The notes: a model not told the origin generated them from the letters alone. A stretch of 64,000 bases of DNA from Lama glama (GCA_028534125.1 CM052817.1:93374001-93438000), one strand, 5' to 3'; positions 1 to 14,900 are shown, numbered from the stretch's first letter. Program-made: numbers and translations.

Positions 1-133
1 TGGTAGAGTTGGAAACAAAGATTTTTTAAATCTTGGCTCTTCTATACCCACAACAACATTATTTATTATTGTTTTTATATAACATACATGAAATGCAATT
101 CAGCTTGAATATGTAAACTTCTTGATTTCACAC

Positions 134-264
134 CTGTTTCCTTGCTAAGTTCTGTCAGAATGTCTTGGTACATATTCACCATTTGATCACAGTGAATAAG
201 GACATTTTTTCGTAGATTGTCCCAGTGTGGAGATAGTTCACCAAGTTCTTTTAGCTCCTGGTTT
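134..264 (-). CDS. INPP4B: INPP4B internal coding exon (131 bp): (R)[43 protein letters not shown](G)
   Basis: Minus strand reads ...cattcttaatAG|aaaccaggag...gaaacag|GTgtga. The translation matches mammalian INPP4[45 protein letters not shown]. Its phase-2 start fits the phase-2 end of the exon at 18505-18652. Confidence 0.97.
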
Positions 265-456
265 CTATTAAGAATGAAAAAGAGGAGACAATATTTATTT
301 TGATCTTAAATCCACAGACACAAAATGCTCAATCAAAGTCGCCAACCTAATAAAAACTTGATTCACTATCCCTTTTAGGAAAGCTCTGCGCACTTTTAGA
401 AAAAAAAATCATTTTAACACAAAGGATGATATGAATAATTTAGGCCATATAAACAT

Positions 457-578
457 TAACGAATATCTGTATGTATATGTATGACTGAAACATTATGCTG
501 TACACCAGAAATTAACACATTGTAACTGACTATACTTCAATCAAAAAGAAATTATGTCAAAGAGCAAAAAAAAAAAAA
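457..578 (+). mobile_element. L1 LINE extreme 3' end fragment with A-rich tail
   Basis: gtatgactgaaacattatgctgtacaccagaaattaacacattgtaactgactatacttcaat followed by an A-rich tract. The same motif ends other L1 copies in the window. Confidence 0.8.
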
Positions 579-2329
579 CAAAGGTTAACTTTACTGATAA
601 AAATTTCACAGAGATGGCAAAGACTAAGGTATATAAAGAGAATATTTCATTAAAAAAAACCCCACTAAATCTCAGTAGAGAAATGGCTAAGTTCTAGGCT
701 TTGATTCTCTAAGATAAAATAATGTGGAAAGGGCTACCTGACTATGTCTGAAGTAATCTAGTTTACGAATCATATGGCTGTTATCTTTTTAAAGCACACA
801 AATAGTATGATCAGGTATGATTTTGTTGATCTCTGTTTCTCACAAGAGGACAATTTAAGTAAACATTATCTGCCTATATTTTGCCCCCTTTTTTATCAAA
901 AGGAAGAGCTAATCAAGTCATTTAGATTTTAATTATTAACTTTTATCTAATTCTCTACCCTTTAGCCACGTTGATTTAAATCTTCAGAATGCCTTTTTAA
1001 ATTACCATGATAAATGGTTTAATATGCTGCTTGGTTAGATTTCTTATTCATTTCTGTAACCTTTTACCAACAACATTTTCATGAGGCTAATTTAACCAGC
1101 AATAATGAAGCTTCTCTGCTATTTTGGCTGTGAAACATGCTAAATACCAAGCTAATAAATTCTGAAGATGTAGAATCCTCAGCATCCTGTTTGTCGCAAG
1201 AATAATGGATGGTGTGCAAAATGTGACTTGCTTTCAAATGTTTGTAGCCGCCTTTGTTTTGCTTCAATGAGAATTTGACTCAGTACTGCTGCAGCTCCAT
1301 CTGAGGTCTTCACCATTTTTGTGAACCTTAATCTCATTCTCAACTTTCCCACAGGTTAGCTTTCATCACATAACATTCGAGGAGAAGTAATTAATCCATA
1401 GACAATGAGAGCAAAGGAAGTTTGTGACCAAAGGGGTGTTAGGAGGGAAGGCTGAAGAATTGGAGAGTCAAGTTCTCTGTGTGCACTCAAGTGGCAGGTA
1501 TTCAAATTCAGAAAAACCTACAACCCAGACAAACAGAAAATTCCCAAAGCTCGAGATGTCCAAGTCTAGAAGAACCTGGACAACTAGATCAAATCTGAGG
1601 TAGACAGCAAACATCAACTTAGTATGTAAGGTTTCAGAATTTACTTCCAATATACAGTTATAACAGAAAGACCAGCTAAGCATTCCTACTTAATACTAAT
1701 AAATGCACCACGGGTTTACAATTTATGTTGTCTCTGAATCTTTATCAGAAATAATAATTAAAAGGTAAGTGGTGACAGAGGGAAGGAGCGAAGCCCTGAT
1801 TATGGTGTGGGATCCTGGGGTGCTGGACACTTCCTTGCCCAAGAGAAATCTGACAGTGTCGTCAGGAAAGCTTAGTGTTCTGCAGGGCGTGACAGGAGGG
1901 AAGCTGGGAGGAATCTCTAAAATGGTGTTTTAAATGTATTATACTCCTCTAATACATCAAAACTTATATACAGGAATAGATGAGACCTGGCATTCACTGC
2001 TTGTTTGTTCTAAGAGATGACATTAAATAGACATGTGCTGAAAAGGACAAAAAAACCAACATAAAGTTTCTCTGCATTAAAAAAAAAAGTTCAAATATAG
2101 GGGAACTATAGAAAAAAGATGTAATAATGCAGAGTAGAGTAATGAAAAAGTTGTAAAACAAAATGGGGCAGAGTCAAAATGGCAACTGTAAGGTTTTTTT
2201 TAAATGAAAGAAATTAACTACATTAATTAATTAAAATAGGTGAAGAGAGAAGACCATCGGGTGCACCCAAATCAGTAAGCTTTTCAGCCAGGACGGCTAG
2301 GGCTCTTTAGACTTCATTTTAATTTGTCA

Positions 2330-5160
2330 CTCAATAAAGAAAAATTTTGGAGTTTAGGAGGCTTGTTTTGCACCACAATCCCAGTTCTCTGGAAGGCAGG
2401 ACCTGTGATCAAGCAATCCCAGGTCAGCCAGAGAGAGTCAGAGAAGCTGCAGGCAAAAAGAGAAAGCAAACACAGGATGGTCCATTAACACGCTGGGCAG
2501 AACTTCACAAGAAACCACAGCCAGTTACTTGGCCAAGTGGGATGACTCTAGGGACGTCATATGGAATCTTTGCACCTTGGGACAGCTTGTTAGGTGGAGG
2601 AAGAGACGTTTATGTGCCAATTCCTTACCATCTTCTCTCTTTCACTGGTAAAGATTCACCCTGTGGGACAGAAAGTCCCCCACACTTCCAGTAATATCAT
2701 CTGTCTCCTCTGGGCAGCCACTGGGGAAGCCATACCCCAGTGGAGACTGAACGTTCCTGGGTCTGGTCTGGTTAAGACATGGGTGCCAGAGCCATTCTGG
2801 ATCTTTCCATGGCAGATGCCATTGGGGGTATGCTAATGGCTAGTCTTCACCTTGAAGGATGCTGATAAACTGCTGGCATCAGGAGACAAGGTGACAATGG
2901 TGGCAATATCTGGGGCTCTCTGTGGACCAAGTGGTCAAACCTTTAAGACATGTTGGGGTTGAGCCAGCATAGAAAAGCACATAAATGGGGCCCGGGACAG
3001 GCAACCTCTTGCACAATTCACTTGCATCATTTTATGAAATCCAGATATCATAGAAAACAACATTCTTCATCTTCCCCAAGAGGGAAGTTCAAGTACAACC
3101 CTTCGAAGTGGTGGCCAGTTGCAATTCCCCAAAGATTTAAAGAGAGGTAGTGAACCAAGTACAGTATTCAACACTCCAGCTGATTTGGGGAGCCTTCATT
3201 GATATTCATCATCAATCTTTCCTACCATTGATTCCAGATTTGCCTCGTACTCCACCAGCATTCAGCTGGTCGGTGTTGCTGCCTTGTGAGGTTACCTAGA
3301 CCTTAATCCCAAGGGATTAGGGCCTTTGTTTCCTTGACTTTATGAAATTTTGGTTGTGGCAATTTCCCATTCACATCTGTGCATGGGACATCTCTGAGTT
3401 CCAGATCTATGTTCCTTTGCTCAGATTGTGACACTGCAGCCTTATTTTCGCATGGTGATGAGCATAGTATCTCTTACTATCTTTGCTGGTCCACTTAATT
3501 AGGAATGTAGCCAGATCACATGTGAAACTCATCACAGCTTCCAGTTAAGCAGGACTCTGACAGAAGTGCCTCTACCCATTCTCCACAAACCAGGCTTCTA
3601 ACGGGAAGCACAGATCCCCAAGTGGGGTACTGTGATGGGTTATAAGGGCCCACCCTTTCTTGCAGAGGCAGTCATTTTAGCTATGGTGGGCACAACATCC
3701 TATATCAGCTGTTGGTTTACTATAGAAACTTCACCCTGGAGGGCAGTACTCCCACTCTAAAGTTTTTCCTCAAGCTGGTACTTGAGCTGAGTCCTTCATG
3801 GATATTATTATTCCCCTGGTCTATCAAGTCTGTAGCTTTTGGGTGGTGGGGCATGGAGTGACTGCAAACTCACTGTTGCACCTCCTTTGGTGAAACAAGT
3901 GTCTTTTGTATGTGACACCATATCACTGGATCAGGCATTCTGTAATTACGCACTGGTACGGTGAGCAGCAAAGGCAAACACATGCAGGCTATTCATGTGC
4001 CTAGGATGAATTGCTGCTCTCTCGAAGGTCAAAGGGATCCACCCTAATTGATCTGCCACCAAACACCTGCAGGATCACCTCCAAGGAATGGTACCATATT
4101 TGTGTCCATTGCCTACCTACTTCTAGCCTTTAACATTTAGCAGTGACAGTAGCTGTAACAGCCTTGGAGAAGGAGACCATATCTTTAGGTCCATGTACAG
4201 CCCCTTTGTCTGCCACCAAGGACATCCTCTTCATGGTCTATTGCACAAATTCCAGGGTGTCCAAGAAAGGAGTCTGGCTAGTATCCATGGGCAGGTGATA
4301 ATGTCTGTCTGGTCAGAGAGAGTTTCCTCTGTTGTATTTGCTTTCTGACAGGCACGGCTCTGAAGCATAAAGGCACCTTGTGCTCACTCCTATAAGCCCA
4401 CTCACATACCCCTGCCCAGACTCCTTGTATCCAATCTTCTAGTCTTATTTCTTCCAGGCCCTTGAAGCCATTCATTTTGCTAGTACTCAGTGTATATCTA
4501 TACCTCAGGCCATCTTTTCCTCTAAGTGAATAACAATTATACTGTTTTTAAGATCTGCCCACTGGATGGATTTTCTTCATTGCTGACCTTAAGATCCACC
4601 TAACACATCAGGTTGACCCATCTTTTTAAGGGTCTGAGATTTTATTCCTTCATGAGTTAATCATACAAAAACTTCCACAGTATAAGTATGAATGAGAGAG
4701 TAGCATCATGAAACAGAGGGACAGACATGAGGCCAGTGACATGAGACTCTGGGACAGTGCTTCAGTGATACATACTAATAACTCTGGATCGGCTTGGGCC
4801 CAATTCCAAATGAACCACTCACATTTCACAATACGTTACTCCTACATCATACATGGGATCACATCAATACCCAGTTCATGATGGGCAGCTCCAGTCACAG
4901 TGTGGACTCTGTGTCCCATCATTAAGGGTTTCGTCTCCAACGAGGGCCCAGCATTATATTAGGATGATGCAGGAGGCACCAGTACATTTCAGAACCCTAA
5001 ATGTCTGCACTGAAATGATCCTATTTGGATTTGCCAAAATCTCCACACAGCAGCATGGTTTCTCACCAGAGACACTTTCAGGCCCATGGCTGGATCTCCT
5101 TGATCATGTACCCAAGGGTCTGCAACACAGCCAGGATTTTTTGAAATGTCCCTCTTGTTT
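2330..5160 (-). mobile_element. Degenerate ERVL-class endogenous retrovirus internal (pol) region with possible LTR remnant
   Basis: The reverse complement of about 4865-4960, read through frameshifts, gives CWALV.TKPLMMGHRV.L*LELPIMNWVL. This matches the ERVL pol motif YWALVETERLTMGHQVTMRPELPIMNWVL. There are many stops and frameshifts. Boundaries are approximate. Confidence 0.75.
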
Positions 5161-6234
5161 GGGGTCTATATGATACACTCTGTTTCTGCACTAGTGGTTT
5201 TATATATCTATATGCATGTGTGTATACATATATATGACATTTATATGTATTTATGACATATATATGACAAAGTCTTAATGGTATGCGCATCAGAAATACA
5301 GTTCAAAAGCACATCTACTTACATGCATAAATAAACAAGGTCTTTTTTGTGTATACGTGTATGTGCTATATTAACTGATTTCCCCCATCATTTGTCACTG
5401 AACCTACAAATGTTAGAGGTGGAGCAACTACATGTACCAGTTTACATCCATTATTACACTGTAATTATTATCATCTTCTTCGTTTGCAAACTATCCCATT
5501 AGATTACCCAAGTTCTAGGATACCAGAGTTAATATTTCCTTTCTGACACAGTAAAAGAAAACAACCACTACAGACTCACAGTTGGAAGGAAATAATTTAG
5601 CAAATAATTTGAAACCTCTTGTTTCACAGATGGTGGCCTCTTAATAAAACTGCCTGTTCGTCTCAGAGTCACTAGAAAGCCATAAGGCTTTCAGACTATA
5701 ATCTCCATGTCCATTCTTTCCTCACCCTATAAAACTCTCCACTGTATAAACAAAGAAACACAAAACAAATGAACAAAATCACTAGTAGCACACACAGTGC
5801 CTTTCTTATTGAAGGTTCTCCATGAACATACGCTGAGTGAGTGGGGTTTAGAACCTGGACCTATTGCCTTCCAGAATCACATTTATCAACTTCCATGTAC
5901 TTTTAACATTAAACCTGAACAAAGGATACATTGTAATTTTGGATTCTTTACCTCTGAATCTTTTAGTCTGAATGGCACAGTTATTAGATATGCAGTAATA
6001 ATCTCTAAAATACATTCAAGAGCACAGTGGTGTCTAGTACATGAGACCCACAGATGTGTTCCCTGTGGACCAGTCTGCATGTTGTCACATTTAGCTAAAC
6101 TGAAATCTGGCATCAACGCTAGAGTTAATTAGTTACACATCTTTACTAAACCTTTGGTATGTATGGAAAAGGTGATGAGCTCTGTAAAAGCGGTTTTAAT
6201 CCATAGGAAAATATTTTTTTAAAGTACTCCTTCC

Positions 6235-6303
6235 CTGTACACCAGAAATTAACACAACCTTGTAAATCAACTATACTTCAATTAAATAAATAAATAAATA
6301 AAA
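6235..6303 (+). mobile_element. Very short L1 3' tail with (TAAA)n
   Basis: ctgtacaccagaaattaacacaaccttgtaaatcaactatacttcaatt followed by aaat repeats. Confidence 0.75.
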
Positions 6304-7923
6304 TGTAAAATACTTCTTTCTCATCTATAAATATTCTCATTTTACTCACAGTAACAACAAATTTCTATTTTCAAAAGCTCTTTCCTTCAAGTGCTACCTT
6401 ACAACAATAACAACAAAAATTTCTCTGTGGAAAATTCACTGCCCTGCTAAACACATATAATCTCTTATGAACTGTTTGCTTTACTCTCACTAAAGTTCTG
6501 TTTCTAAAACCGATCGTCCAGCTTGTCTCTAACTCTTTCTAATTCTCCGAGACTCCAATAGGTAGGCACAGGAAGGTGAAAAGACTGAATATTCAAATAT
6601 TAATAAGCTTAGGCCGCTTACACACTAAAGTTTTTTGGAACTTATTGCCATCCATCCATTTGCACTTCACTACCTACAAAAATACAAGGCAAATCATACA
6701 AAATAAATCTCCAAGAGAGACAGGTGATTGCAAGAGCCTCCTTGAAAAATATCTAATGCTCTGTGGTTCCTGACATTCCAACTATAAAGTATGACATTCT
6801 TGATACTTGATGAAATATTCATACAGATCTCTGGAAATAACCTTATGGTGCACTTTTCTTTTGTCTATATGGTTTGTTTTATCTTACTTTGTTTAAATAT
6901 TTCAAAAATACATGCTTTTCTTCTTTAGGGAAATTGCAATTCCTGGAGAGGTCACTGTGATCCTCTGAACCTTCCATAATGTGGATACACTACTAAGTTT
7001 ATAACATGTTTGAAACACAGACTATTAAATAACATGGAGATAAAATGTGATCCTCACCCCCGCCCCTGAAAAACCAGACTCTATGAAGAATGAAGAAAAC
7101 TGAATCACGAAATAAATCATAGAGGAATTGGAAGGGAAATAGCCAAACCTGCTTTACAGTTTTTACATATAATGCATAAAACATTGAAAAGAATGTTAAA
7201 CAAACAAATGGTTTTTAAACTTCGTTCCTTACACCCCTGAGGCTGTTGAGGATAGAAGGATGGTGTTGGCCCAGGTGTTGGACCACAGGGAAGCCAAGTA
7301 AGTGAATAGGCAGCAGGCTGTTTTCCTTCATCCAGCCACCCACCAGCTGTAACTGAATCTCTCTGATTAATATTGGAATTCCATGTGCAGTTCTGTTTGG
7401 GAAAAAAAAGTTCCTGCTGTTAAAAAATAAAACTAGGTTTGAGACTACCAAAATAGAACATAGATAAAAGAGAAGAAAGTTTAGCATTTATTTAAAGCTT
7501 CCATTTAAAAGATAGTTTTAAAACCTACTGATGATGTATTCAAGGGGGAAAATTCCAACACAGGGAAAATTTGCTCTGAGTCTGTGAGTTGCAGGGACTT
7601 GTCTTAGTCATCATTTTGTCCGGCCACAGTTCTCAGTCCATAGAAAGTGTTACATAGGCTTGTTGACTGAATAAATAAAAGGTCTGCTTGCAGACTGATG
7701 TTCTTAGATTTTCCTGAAATTCGAGATAAAGTCAGAATATAAACTAACCCTAAAGTAGAATGCTGAGCTCTGCTCCAGTTAAAATGGATACAGGCAATAG
7801 ATACATGAGTCACTGTTGGGTCCTCTAACCTTACATGGTCTAGGTCTGTAGCCCTAGTTTGGGCAAGTCTTCCTTAGGGATAGAGAAAGCTCTGAATATG
7901 TACCTTCATGTGGCATTTCTTAC

Positions 7924-8290
7924 TGTGGTGGTTAATTTTATGTGTCAACTTGGCTAGACCACAAAGTGTCCAGATATTTGGTCAAATGTGGTTGTAAATG
8001 TTTCTGTGAGGGTGTTTTTGGATGAGGTTAACACTTAAATCAATAGGCTGAGTGAAGCAGATTGCCCTACCTATGCTGGGTGGGCCTCATCCAATCAGTT
8101 GAAGACTCAAACACAGCAGAAAGGCTGACTCTCTCCTGAATAAAAGAGAACTTCTCCTGTCAGACTGAGCTTGAACTGAAACTCTGGCTTTCCCTGGGTC
8201 TCAAGCCTGCTGACCTTTGGAGTAGAACTACAGGATAGCCTCTTCTGGGTCTCCACTTGCTGACTAACCCTGAAGGTCTCAGACTGAGTC

Positions 8291-8330
<40 letters not shown>

Positions 8331-8367
8331 ACTGGTTTTCTGTTTCTAGAGAATCCTGAGTAATACA
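7924..8367 (+). mobile_element. MLT2-family solo LTR (ERVL) containing a (CA)n tract
   Basis: Begins TGtggtggttaattttatgtgtcaacttggct, contains gggtgggcctcatccaatcagttgaag and ends gagaatcctgagtaataCA, all MLT2 hallmarks. (CA)n lies at about 8293-8328. Confidence 0.88.
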
Positions 8368-10151
8368 CTATGTAGATGTTCCATCACAAAGATTTCCCTC
8401 TGTTTGGTGTAAAAGAAGTTGGCGGGGAGGGATTTGAGATGGAAATATCTAGCATATAGTTTAGGCTCTTTCACAACCTTTTATCCCTCCCATCACATCT
8501 TACAAATACCCTGCTGACATCTTCAAAAGAAAAATGACCACAGAGATGCTCTGCTTGTCTAAGGAACATACAAAAGAAATAATATCTCTAGTTCTGAGGC
8601 CAAAGCTCCACCTTTGAGCACCTATTTTATTAAAAGTGTAAACCTAGAGTAATCAACTTAAAAAAAATCTGGTTATGTAAAGTCAAAAATTTCTGAAATT
8701 ATGAATAGTAATTATTGTAAGAAAGAGTGCCCAAGAATAACAGTTAATTCACTTACAAGACTGTAGTAAGACCAAATAGCCTAATAAAAGTTTATCTCCT
8801 AAAAGATACAGCCCAGTAAGAAAGACATTAAAATGTTATTAGAAATTGTTATTATCTAAGTAAATAGAAATATTTTCCCACAATGAGCTGTACAATACCA
8901 CTGTATAGAATAAAAATAGTCACACAATTTACAAAGAGCCTTTTGGTAGTTATTACACTCTAAAACTACATGTGGGTGTACATGGGTGACAAATTTAATG
9001 GCCAAACTACTTTCATTCATTAAACAAGAGTAGACCTTAAAGCAAACTGGAAAGAAGTCATAAAAAATTTACATAAAAAAAGAAATGAGAAAAAAATTAA
9101 ATACTAAATAGTCAATGGAGAAGAGACTACATAAATGATTGGTGGGTGGCTTCATTTTGTTAAGTGGTCAGGTGACACCATAAAACTGAACAAATTTCAA
9201 CTACATGTCAAGTTTCACAGTATTTTCAACCCACAGTTCAAACTATCCATGCTTTAACCCACAGAGGGATAAAAGCTGCATCCATAAATCACAGGCTTTT
9301 TTTTTTAATGGATTTTTGTAAATGACAATGTGACTAATGTTGCAATTCATGGGCCACTATTTCACTGAAAAATGACTGGATATTCTGAATGGTCATTCAC
9401 TGATTTTTCAATTGACATTAAAATAAGCAGCTGTTGTACTCTACACCCAAGGTTTCAAGTTTATATGCAAAGACTAAGAATTGGAACCCAGCAACCACAG
9501 GATCTAGTTGTTGTCATGAAACCTGTTTGTATCTGATAAATAGGGAGATTCTGTAATTTAATTCTAGGTAACCAAACTAGAAAAAAAATGAGGAATGATA
9601 AGCATGTCTTAGTCTGTCCTGAGATTTTATTTGCTGTTCCTGATAAAGATAATTTGGTGCTGATTTACTTCTAAATAATGTCTTATTTATCCTTCAAAGT
9701 TTGTCAAACATGGACGTTTTTCAAAATATCTTACAGCTCAGTGTTCTACTTATGCTTTAAGGTGATGGCATGTTATATGAAGTTCCTCCTAAATCCACCT
9801 ATATTAATACATGACTTATCATTCGGGATGGCCTTAAAAATTACTAACTGCACCTGAAAGGCTAGTAAAACAAGAACGTATGCTCACACTATCATCACTT
9901 TTCATTAGTCCTGCCCATACTTTTAGAAAGTGAAAACATCTGTGGGTATTTCCCCTTTGAATCCCCAGCCCTGGACCTGGAGTACAGGTGTCACCCAGTT
10001 CAGTTTCACGGGTAGATGGAGTTCAAGAAACTCTGCAAAGCGCTTGGTAGTAGAGCTCTCTGGTGGACACCAAAATTCTTTCCAGGTAATTAAGGTTACT
10101 TGTGCATAGGTGTCTCTTTGGTCTCAAAACAATCCTCAGATATACTGGTTC

Positions 10152-10289
10152 CAGAGCTGTACTAAACAAAATTAAAAATTCAGTCACACTGGGCACAATT
10201 TAAGTGCTCAATAACCACATGGCTGTCATACAAGGCAGTATAGTATAGAACATTTCCATCATCATGGAAAGTTCTACGGAATGACGCTG
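10152..10289 (-). mobile_element. MER3-like hAT-Charlie MITE (partial)
   Basis: aagtgctcaataaccacatggct...agaacatttccatcatcatggaaagttcta is the reverse complement of the MER3 core. Confidence 0.75.
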
Positions 10290-10639
10290 CTCTAGACAAA
10301 TGAGAAGAATGTAAGTGAAAGTAGAGTGACTTGTTCAATGCCACATTGTTAGGAAGTGGCAGAATCAAGACTTGTACATAGGTCACATGGCTGCAAATTT
10401 TGTTCTTTTTTATATCAGTTCCTGGAGAGTATGATTTCTTTTAAGAAAGTATCCCTGAATAGGAGGACAAGATTGGAATCTCTTGACCAAGGGATTCATA
10501 TGAATGTAACTTCCACCCAGGTCAACAGAGAGCCAGTGCAAATATTTGGCTCAAGTGTGCCCTTACCAGACAGCCTTGGCTAACATAATGGTTGGGATGT
10601 CAAACAACAAAACAAAACGTTATGTATTTTCTATTCATT

Positions 10640-10890
10640 TAACAAATATTTATGTAATGCTTCTAATGCTTATTCATGCCAGGTACTATAAGAACTTGAC
10701 GTATATTCACTCATTTGCTATGCATAACAGCCCAGAGAAGTAGGTGTTATTATTATCACCCTTATTTTACAAATAAGGAAATTGAGACACCAGGAAGATA
10801 AGTAAGTTACCCAAAGTCATCCAGATAGTAAGTAGCAGAGCTGGTATTAAGCCCAGGAGGTTTGTCCAGGGTGTCCATGCTTTAAACTAC
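10640..10890 (-). mobile_element. MIR SINE
   Basis: MIR core: attattatcacccttattttacaaataaggaaattgagac...aagtaagttacccaaagtcat...agtagcagagctgg. Confidence 0.8.
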
Positions 10891-11156
10891 TAGGCTAGAT
10901 AGATTCTCCATTAGAAATGTAACACAATCTCATTCTCACTAGAAATCACAGCAAGAACATGTATCTTGATATTATCAACTTGCGGGAACAAAAATCAACA
11001 ACAAAACATTTCTGTCTTTTGCTAACAAGGGTAAAGCTTGATGTCAACCTTCTCCTTCTTTACATTAAATTCCAATGGGCAGGAAGAAAGGAGGAGTTTA
11101 TGTTACTGGAGTTCTCCTTTTTAAATTTAGAGATGCCACTGATGGTTACCCTAGAT

Positions 11157-11376
11157 CAGTGCTGTGCAGCAGAACTCTCTGTGATGATGGAAATTTTCCA
11201 AAGCTGCACTTTTAATTAGGATAATTAAATTAATTAGTTGTATGTGACTATTGAGCACTTACAATGTGACTGAGGTGATGGAGAAACTAAATTTTTAATT
11301 TCATTTAATTTTAACAAGTTTTAACTTAACTTGCAATAGCCATATGGGGCAAATAGCTTCCGTATTCAATAGCACA
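11157..11376 (+). mobile_element. MER3 hAT-Charlie MITE, near full length
   Basis: cagtgctgtgcagcagaactctctgtgatgatggaaat...tattgagcacttacaatgtgact...gaaactaaatttttaatttcatttaatt...tattcaatagcacag, flanked by ctag-containing sites. Confidence 0.8.
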
Positions 11377-12199
11377 GACCTAGCTGGTTCAACTAACAGC
11401 CAAAGAGGGTCCTTTTTCCTTCTAAACCTCCTTGTGCTTGCTGACTATTTCCTCCATCAATGAATTATACTTATCTTTTCAGTCATGTAGGTCAGGATGC
11501 TTAAGTTATCCTGAACACATTATCTCCAAACATAATCCATCAACAAACCCTGCTGAGTTTAGTTCCCTAAAAAAATCCCAAACATTTGTACATTTCCCCA
11601 TTTCCCCCACACCCCACTGTGGTCTCAGGCACCATCATTATTAACCTAGGTGACCACAATATACCCTGAATTGTTTTATCCCTCCACTTTTGCCTTCCCT
11701 TTTCTAAATGTAATCATGTCATTCTCTTCTCACAATTTCAGTTGTTCTTGGGAAAAGAGTACATTCCTGAGTGCTTATTTTATGCCAGGTATTATGCTAG
11801 ATTCCAGGAATAACACAATAAGAAAATCGACAAGTTCTTTCTTTTCTGGGTCCCAGAAGGCTCTAACTAATCTGAACCTGACTATCATCCCCAAATCAGT
11901 CTCAGCTCTAAGCACATCAGCTTTGTGGGAGAAGACATGCCCAGGCCACTTTTCTGCCCACAGGAAATCTGTGACATCATATGGTAAACATACCTATGAG
12001 GCATATGCTAGGTTAGCAAACTAAAGGAAATTGAAATACATTATAGGCTTGGTTTTGTGTCTGAAAGACTACCAACACTCAGCTAAAGTGAAAAACAACA
12101 ATAATAGTTTTCATATACTGAGTGTCTACTCTGTAATATGATTCTTTACAGAAGTGGTAAGAGTGGTTTCTGCACATGAGAAGCCTATGTATGTATGTA

Positions 12200-12380
12200 T
12201 GTATGCACCAGGCATTTTTCATCAACAGCTCATTTTAAACCTCAAAATAACCATCTGTACTTATTATTTAATAACCTCTTTACAGTCGAGGAAACTGAAG
12301 GTTAGAATACTTAATGTAAATTGTGCCACAGCACATAGCTATCAAGTGGAGTTGGGGAGCCAGGTTTCAACCCCAGAGGT
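12200..12380 (-). mobile_element. MIR SINE (degenerate)
   Basis: ttacagtcgaggaaactgaaggttagaatacttaatgtaaattgtgccacagcacatagc. Confidence 0.6.
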
Positions 12381-14900
12381 GCACTTACACAAACACACAC
12401 CAAATCCCATAGTCATAAGTGCTAAAGTCTCCTGATTGTTCAGTTAATTACTACAGTAGTCCTGCAGGATAAATGATAAAGTTATTATCTAAAAAGTTAA
12501 AAAAAAAGAAAATTGAGATATTAAGTAATTTTCTATAAATTATACGTATGTATCAAATGGCAAATACAGAGGTTTCGAACTCAGATTGATAATTATTCCA
12601 ATGCTGTGTTTTTATCATCACAACACACACTCTTTCCTATTTTATCCATTTGAAATAAAGAATCTTGGCACAATAGCCGAATATGCTTCTGAATGAGCTT
12701 TTCTTTATTTGTTCCTGTGGGGATACTGTAATAACCAAAGATCAAAATAAAACACATATTTCTACTGCCAGCTTGGTGATGCTAAGCGCTCTACAGGATC
12801 TCTCATTAAATGATACCAAGAATCCATAATGAGGAACTTAATGGCACATAGCATCTGCCCTCAATACTGGGAGTTGGTAAGGCAAATGCATTTTCCATGA
12901 TAAATAAAATACTGCATGGTATTCCAACTGTGCATCAACATTGCATGAAGAAAAATGAACAGAAGAAATAACACTAATCAGGTATGAGTCAACAGTGGAG
13001 TCCTGATGTGATATTTCTTATGCATCAGTTTTTGGATCTTGAGGACTTAAGATTTTCCTCAGAGAAAGCAAGCAAGAGAGACAGAAGAAGCACAAAGAGA
13101 AACCAAGTAGGACAGACAACATTATAAAAACAGCCATGAGAGTCATCGGTTTGAGGCTCATTCGATCTATATGAGATCTAAATAGAATAGCTGGCTCCCT
13201 ATCACTTTTCCCACTAGTCAATGTTTCTTGAAGGTCAGTAAAGATTTTCAGTGTGTCTTTATTTCATCTAAGTATGCAAATATCAACAGATGACTCGAAA
13301 GTCATTGCTTCAGCCAGGCCACAATAAATAAGGCGTAAGATGAGGTTGGAAACATAGGTAGATGGGAGCCCTTGCTTGCCTGTAGGCTGTGCAAAGGGGG
13401 AACCTTGTCTGGTGCTAAACAAATTTTGGAAAAAAAGTACATAAATTATATTTGAGAATGTCATCACACCACGTTAAGTGGACAGGCTGACTCTCTATGT
13501 AGTAAAATCCTACCGTATATCCTTCTGCATAGTGAGGACATTTTTGAAGTAGAATTTATCTGAATATACCCTAGTTCTAGTTTATAATTTCTAATATATA
13601 CTTTGAACACTTCTAAAATGGCACTTGTAGCATAATCAGCTTGAAATATAATGAATATTTTTTAATGTAAGAGTCAAAAAATGCTTTAAGATAAGGTGCA
13701 AGGTTAGAAAATTGAGTATCTTCTGCATTTCTCTTAAACTAGGTACAGTGTTAGAAAACCAATTTAACAGTATATGATAATATTTAAGTAAGCACGTAGA
13801 ACATGTCTCTAAAATGGTACTCAGTTCGGCAAGTAAGCTTTCAACCTGGGATTTCAATGTATCTTACTGACCATCTTTCGAATATATAAGAATATACTAT
13901 GCTCAAGAAACAGATTTAAGATATAGATAGATACAATGTTCACAGTCTGTACCAGAGCTCTAAAAATAAATATAGAATATTTGAAATATATAACACTAAA
14001 CAAAAGTGTCTGTCTTCACTGACATAACATTTTATCACTATGAATTTAGTATATGTACAATGGTTACAAACACAAATCATCTAAGACAAAGCATGTACAT
14101 TCTCTCAAAGAAATGCTAAGAAAACTTTTAGAGTTTGTGTGTCCCAAAATCCTATCACATTTTCCCTACTAAAGTATTTGGTTCATATTTTTAATATTTT
14201 ATTTACAAGACTGTTCTTCTGCATGACACACACAAATTTTTATATGTCTTATAAAACCTAAGAACTCCTTAAAGTTAACTGTTATAAAATATTCTTATCC
14301 TTTCTTCTTAGACTCCCAAAATTATATGCCAGAAAATTTCTCTCCTTCCCCACCTTTGGGACCAAGGAAGAAAAACAGGTATAGGGAAGAAATGAAGGAG
14401 GATATTAATCAAACTAATTTTTTCCTGGGGTGTTTTACGGACCATGGGGTTCATTTTCACTGAAATATGAAAGTTCATTTCTTTAAAACTTTTTGTGCCA
14501 TAATAGGTTTCCATCATCTTATAAGGTAGAAAAGTATACTTTTTTGATAAACCCAAACACACTATGGCTTCCCAAAGTCTCCCATTTAAACATATGTTTG
14601 CATACGGTCATTTATTACCATGTGTAGAGCTGTCATGAAGCTTCAACTCCACAAGTTCCATCATTTTACCAATTAACTAATATTTCAATGTAGACTAAGC
14701 ACAGCTAACCTCTGAAGTAGTGCAAAATCTGAAGAAAACACTCAACATAAACAAAGCATGTAGCAACACGAAAACAAGCTATAAAAATTGTATAGGTGGT
14801 AGTTTGGCGAGACCTACATAACTTGTCTGTGTGCAACCCAAGCTGAAAGAAGTTAAAGCTTGAGGCATTATTAAAACAGGCAAAGATGCATATAAGCACA

